Shown one piece after another: positions 60,516 through 64,000 of a stretch of DNA of 64,000 nucleotides. The position numbers and the translations under genes are program-made. The stretch is from Ministeria vibrans ATCC 50519 (lineage: Eukaryota; Protista; Filasterea), in contig CALSCP010000313.1 in NCBI GenBank assembly GCA_943704425.1, forward strand, positions 246,410 through 310,409, in the 5' to 3' direction. Under the pieces are notes generated by a model. It was not told the DNA's origin. It saw nothing but the letters and a program-made list of their open reading frames with translations, and made no database searches. Position 1 is the first letter of the stretch, and each line of letters opens with the position of its first letter.

Positions 60516-63500
60516 CTATTGTAGCCAACTCCCATCTTGGTTCTGCTGACGTCGAAGTCGACGTCCTGCACGAAGTGGAGGCGATTGAACATCAACCTGT
60601 GACCGCTTCGCGCTCTCGCGGTACTTCTTTTTAAACACCAGTTACCAGCTGGGGAACCATATATATATGCAAATTTTGATCCACTGACGCGCGTTTCAAC
60701 GCATTTCGTTGTTTTCTCTCCTGATAATATAATTATATGGACATAGAGATTGAAGACACAATCTTTGGGGCCAACGAACAGGCTCATGATGTCGGTGGTG
60801 CACTGTCGCCTGCCAGCGATCTCGACACTACGAATACTGAGGCAGCACCTGGTCTCGAGCGAAACACCCGCGCTTACTGCAATGCTGGCTATTACATGTA
60901 CTGGACCAGCGGTAGCGGCTGGCGTCGTCGTCGTCGCTACTATGTGTGTGCTGGTTGCCCTACGGGGAAGGTATATCCTATATGTCGTATCAAATCTTAA
61001 TCTAAAATAATCCTTATAATAATATTCTATTAAACAAATTGTAACTGTCTGCAGCCAGTACTATTATATTAGTTGTATTCTTAATAATTCTTTGTTTTTC
61101 TTCCTTTCACCCGCAGTTTTCGCCTGCCTCATGGGACACGAGTTCTTGTCGAAACTGTGCCGCTGGATACGTAACCTCCAAAAAAATCTCCCGCATTGTT
61201 GGGATTAACGTTCAGTGTCTTATAACTAAACAATGCTTTTTGTACTTTAGTACAACTACCAGTCGTTCCAGTCCAGCTGTCGCTCGTGTAATCCCGGAAC
61301 CGTATGTCTCCATATTGTTTTTCTTGATATATATTAATGTGTATTCGTCTATCACGCTTAACGTTCTTTTTTCCCCGTTACAGTATAGCCCGGCTTCTGC
61401 GACCGGGTGCAGCGCCTGCCAAACCGGCCGAGTAATAATTTCTCTGTGTGTTCTCCCTGCACATCACTCATAATTCTGTTTCTCTATCTCTTTCAGTATA
61501 ACCCTTATTATAGTCGCTCGGCTTGCACTACCTGCCCTACAGGTCGATACCGCGGTTCGACGAGCGCCACATCAGTCAGTCAGTGTCTCTATTGCCCAAC
61601 TGGCCGCTATCAGGGATCATATGGACAGGCATCTTGTTTCTATTGCCCCGCTGGTCGTTATGCCGCCGGGACTGGCTACTCGAGCTGTACTGTTTGCCCA
61701 ACAGGCCGCTACAACACCCAAACAGGCTCCACTTCTTCATCCTACTGGTAAGCAGCGCTGAAAAAAAAGAACTAAGACGTATCAATATGAAAACAAATAA
61801 GAAGAAAAGAAGTAGAGAATCGAGAGCTACATTGATGCAATAATTATTAATTATTATTATTATTATTATTATTTATTTTTATATTATTATAATAATTATT
61901 ATTATTATTACCATAATCATAATTATTATTAATTATAATAAATTTATTATTATTCATAGCCGATACTGTCCCGCCGGTCGCTACAACCAGTACACCGGTA
62001 GCTCCGCGTGTACCTATTGTGGAACTGGTCGCTACAACCCGAGCACGGGCAGTACATCGTCCGGCTACTGTCGTACGTGTCCGACAGGAAGGGTATCAAA
62101 CCAACGCATACAACACCCAATGTTTCTGACCCTCGGGTTTTCCGTTATGGCTTTGCAGTATGGTCCGTCTTCGGGCGCCTCGTCGTGCCCCTACTGCCCT
62201 GCTGGACGCTACCAAAACTCCTATGCTCAAACGTCTTGTCGCGCTTGTTCTGCTGGCTACTACGCTCCGAGCACCGGCTACGCATCGTATACATTGACCA
62301 AATTCAAAACTGGCAATTGAATAGTATTAATTATTCTTATTCTTCCCTTCCAGATGTCCCCGATGCCCTTATGGCAAGCGCACCATCCAGACGTACCCGA
62401 CGACTTGCTACTTCTGTCCCGCCGGCTACTACACCGTCTCGGCGACCAACCCGACGTGTACGAGCCATCCCTCAAACCTCTTGATCATTGACTCAATGCG
62501 CCCTCTTTCCTCTCTCTCGTCAGGTACCGCTTGCCAGCTGGGTCGCTACAATCCAAGCTCGTCCGTTACCTACTGGTCGTGCCCCTCATGTCCCAGTGGC
62601 TACATCACAGGCCAGACTGCATCAACGTCCTCGTCGCAGTGTCTCCTGTGTACCAAGATGAAGGTTGAATCAATCATACCCACACACATACACACACTCT
62701 CTCATTCAATTGTTTTTCTCATATAGTATGTCAACCGTCGTCGTATTAGCTGCATCACGTGTGGTACCAACACCTACACGCCTGGAAACAACTAGTACAC
62801 TTGTACTCTGAAAAATACCGCACTTCTCACGCTCGGGTTCTTTCACACTCAGCGCATCTTGTACTGGTTGCCCAAGCCTTTACTATGTCCCTGCCGGCGA
62901 CACACGCGGTTGCCAACAGTGCGGCTACTACGCCAACCAGTACTACGAACAGCGCCGTCGCCGCCGCGTTTGGGGCTCACCGTCGACTACGTACGTTAAC
63001 GGAACGTCAACGCGAACCAACGATTTGTCCCTCAACTTATCTTTCTCTTTCTCAGCTGCCTAAACTGTCCGTCAGGACAAATTGGATCTGCTGGTGGGTA
63101 AGGATGGGCGGAATGCATTGAACATCGTCTCACTCTCTGTTCTTTTAGATGGAGCTGCTCATCTTGCGCCGCCGGTCGTTACGCCCAAGTGCGCACCTGT
63201 ACTTACTGCGCGCCAGGCACGTACCAGCCGTCCACGACACAGGTCTCGTGTTTGACCTGTCCTTTTGCCCGCTACGCCAGCCAATACGGTAGCACAGCTT
63301 GCACACTGTACGACTCACAAGAACCATCCATTATCCAACTAAACCCGTTCCCATCTGTAGATGTCCGCGCGGTCGATTTACATCGCAGTACGGAAGAACC
63401 TCCTCGTCGCAATGCAGCGGCTGCCCGGCCAACACTGTATCGTTTGAGTCCCAATCACACTCGTTCTCACTCTCGCCTACTCTTAGTACGATGACAACAT

Positions 63501-64000
63501 TTCGCGTCGTCGACGACGTCAGTATTCCTACTACTACCGCTACAGCTCTTACTATACATGCGTGAACTGCCCAAGTGGAAAGTTCAGGTAATCACACCAG
63601 GGGCTGCAACGAGTACTTTCGTCTCAAACCGTCTCTTCACTTCAATATAGTGGCGTGGGCGCGAGCTCCTGCGCTGGCTGCCCAACTGGACAGTACGCCT
63701 ACTCGGGCTCCTGCCAAAACTGTCCCGCGGGCAAGTACCAGGACAGTAAGTGACTCTTATTTTTCGATTCCTGCGCACTTCAACTCATTTTCTGCCGACT
63801 CACAGCCTCGTCGCAAACGTCGTGCAAGAACTGCGGTACGGGCTACTACAACAGCCAGGCAGGTCGCAAGTCATCGTGCACAGCTGCATGCACACCAGGA
63901 AAGTACTCGCCCGCAGGCGCTGCAGGCTGGTAAGAGACGCGTTGCTGCGAAACCTTCCAAGGTATAAAACGTTTCCTGTTTGCTCATTTTAGCACCAATT
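58385..64000 (+). CDS. Large secreted/surface Cys-Tyr-rich protein (GCC2/GCC3 or ephrin-receptor-like CxxCPxGxY repeats) with acidic repetitive pro-region; continues off the right edge
   Basis: Signal peptide MRVATLQLVVVAIAFTALLLAAGGNA; many short GT-AG exons spliced in frame from 59308 onward (CPAGRY, CPTGRY etc.). The exon path between 58483 and 59307 is unresolved. Confidence 0.8.
59747..60429 (+). repeat. Five tandem exon+intron units (72-nt exons at 59747, 59901, 60055, 60209, 60358; period 154, last 149)
   Basis: Each exon is flanked by ...cacag and gtacg..., and encodes GSSQDEVKAVTSDSLVITSSRRE (copy 5 ends SLQRE). Confidence 0.93.

Noticed and set aside
60971-60980. GTATATCCT donor resembling a U12-type 5' splice site
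   Set aside because: Does not match RTATCCTT; treated as an ordinary U2 intron.

Overview
Gene-dense, intron-rich eukaryotic nuclear DNA in the standard genetic code. Every intron I traced is GT-AG, many only 50-100 nt; longer introns are filled with (GA)n, (CA)n or (AAT)n repeats. There are four assembly gaps. By manual splicing I reconstruct about 24 protein-coding genes: a DUF6259-like secreted glycosidase, an unknown secreted protein, FIBP, DENND4-like, a degenerate KsgA/mtTFB-like protein, HAAO, a CHASE-domain hybrid histidine kinase, FAM177-like, a RUN+DEF8-like protein, an SLC26 transporter, RPL37A, MPP10, CEP164, an intronless receptor-type TKL kinase, MRPL15, a TM-UBX protein, BPI/LBP, GCC1, MLX-like, TACO1, RANBP1, an F-box/ankyrin protein, OXR1-like, and a large Cys/Tyr-rich secreted protein running off the right end. 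The gene set (MLX, DEF8, FAM177, GCC1, CEP164 plus a histidine kinase) suggests a flagellated unicellular relative of animals/opisthokonts; this is inference. Most interesting leads: (1) the right-end secreted protein, with an acidic pro-region built from freshly duplicated symmetric 72-nt exons, an RxxR site and Cys-rich repeats carrying three aromatic-flanked RRRRR motifs; (2) a diverged ~205-nt non-coding tandem duplicate whose hairpins are kept in both copies; (3) complex repeat 'words' shared near-verbatim between introns of unrelated genes; (4) an HAAO combining the microbial 4-Cys site with the animal-type second cupin. No tRNA, rRNA, CRISPR array or transposase was recognised. All family assignments are from motif recall, not database searches.
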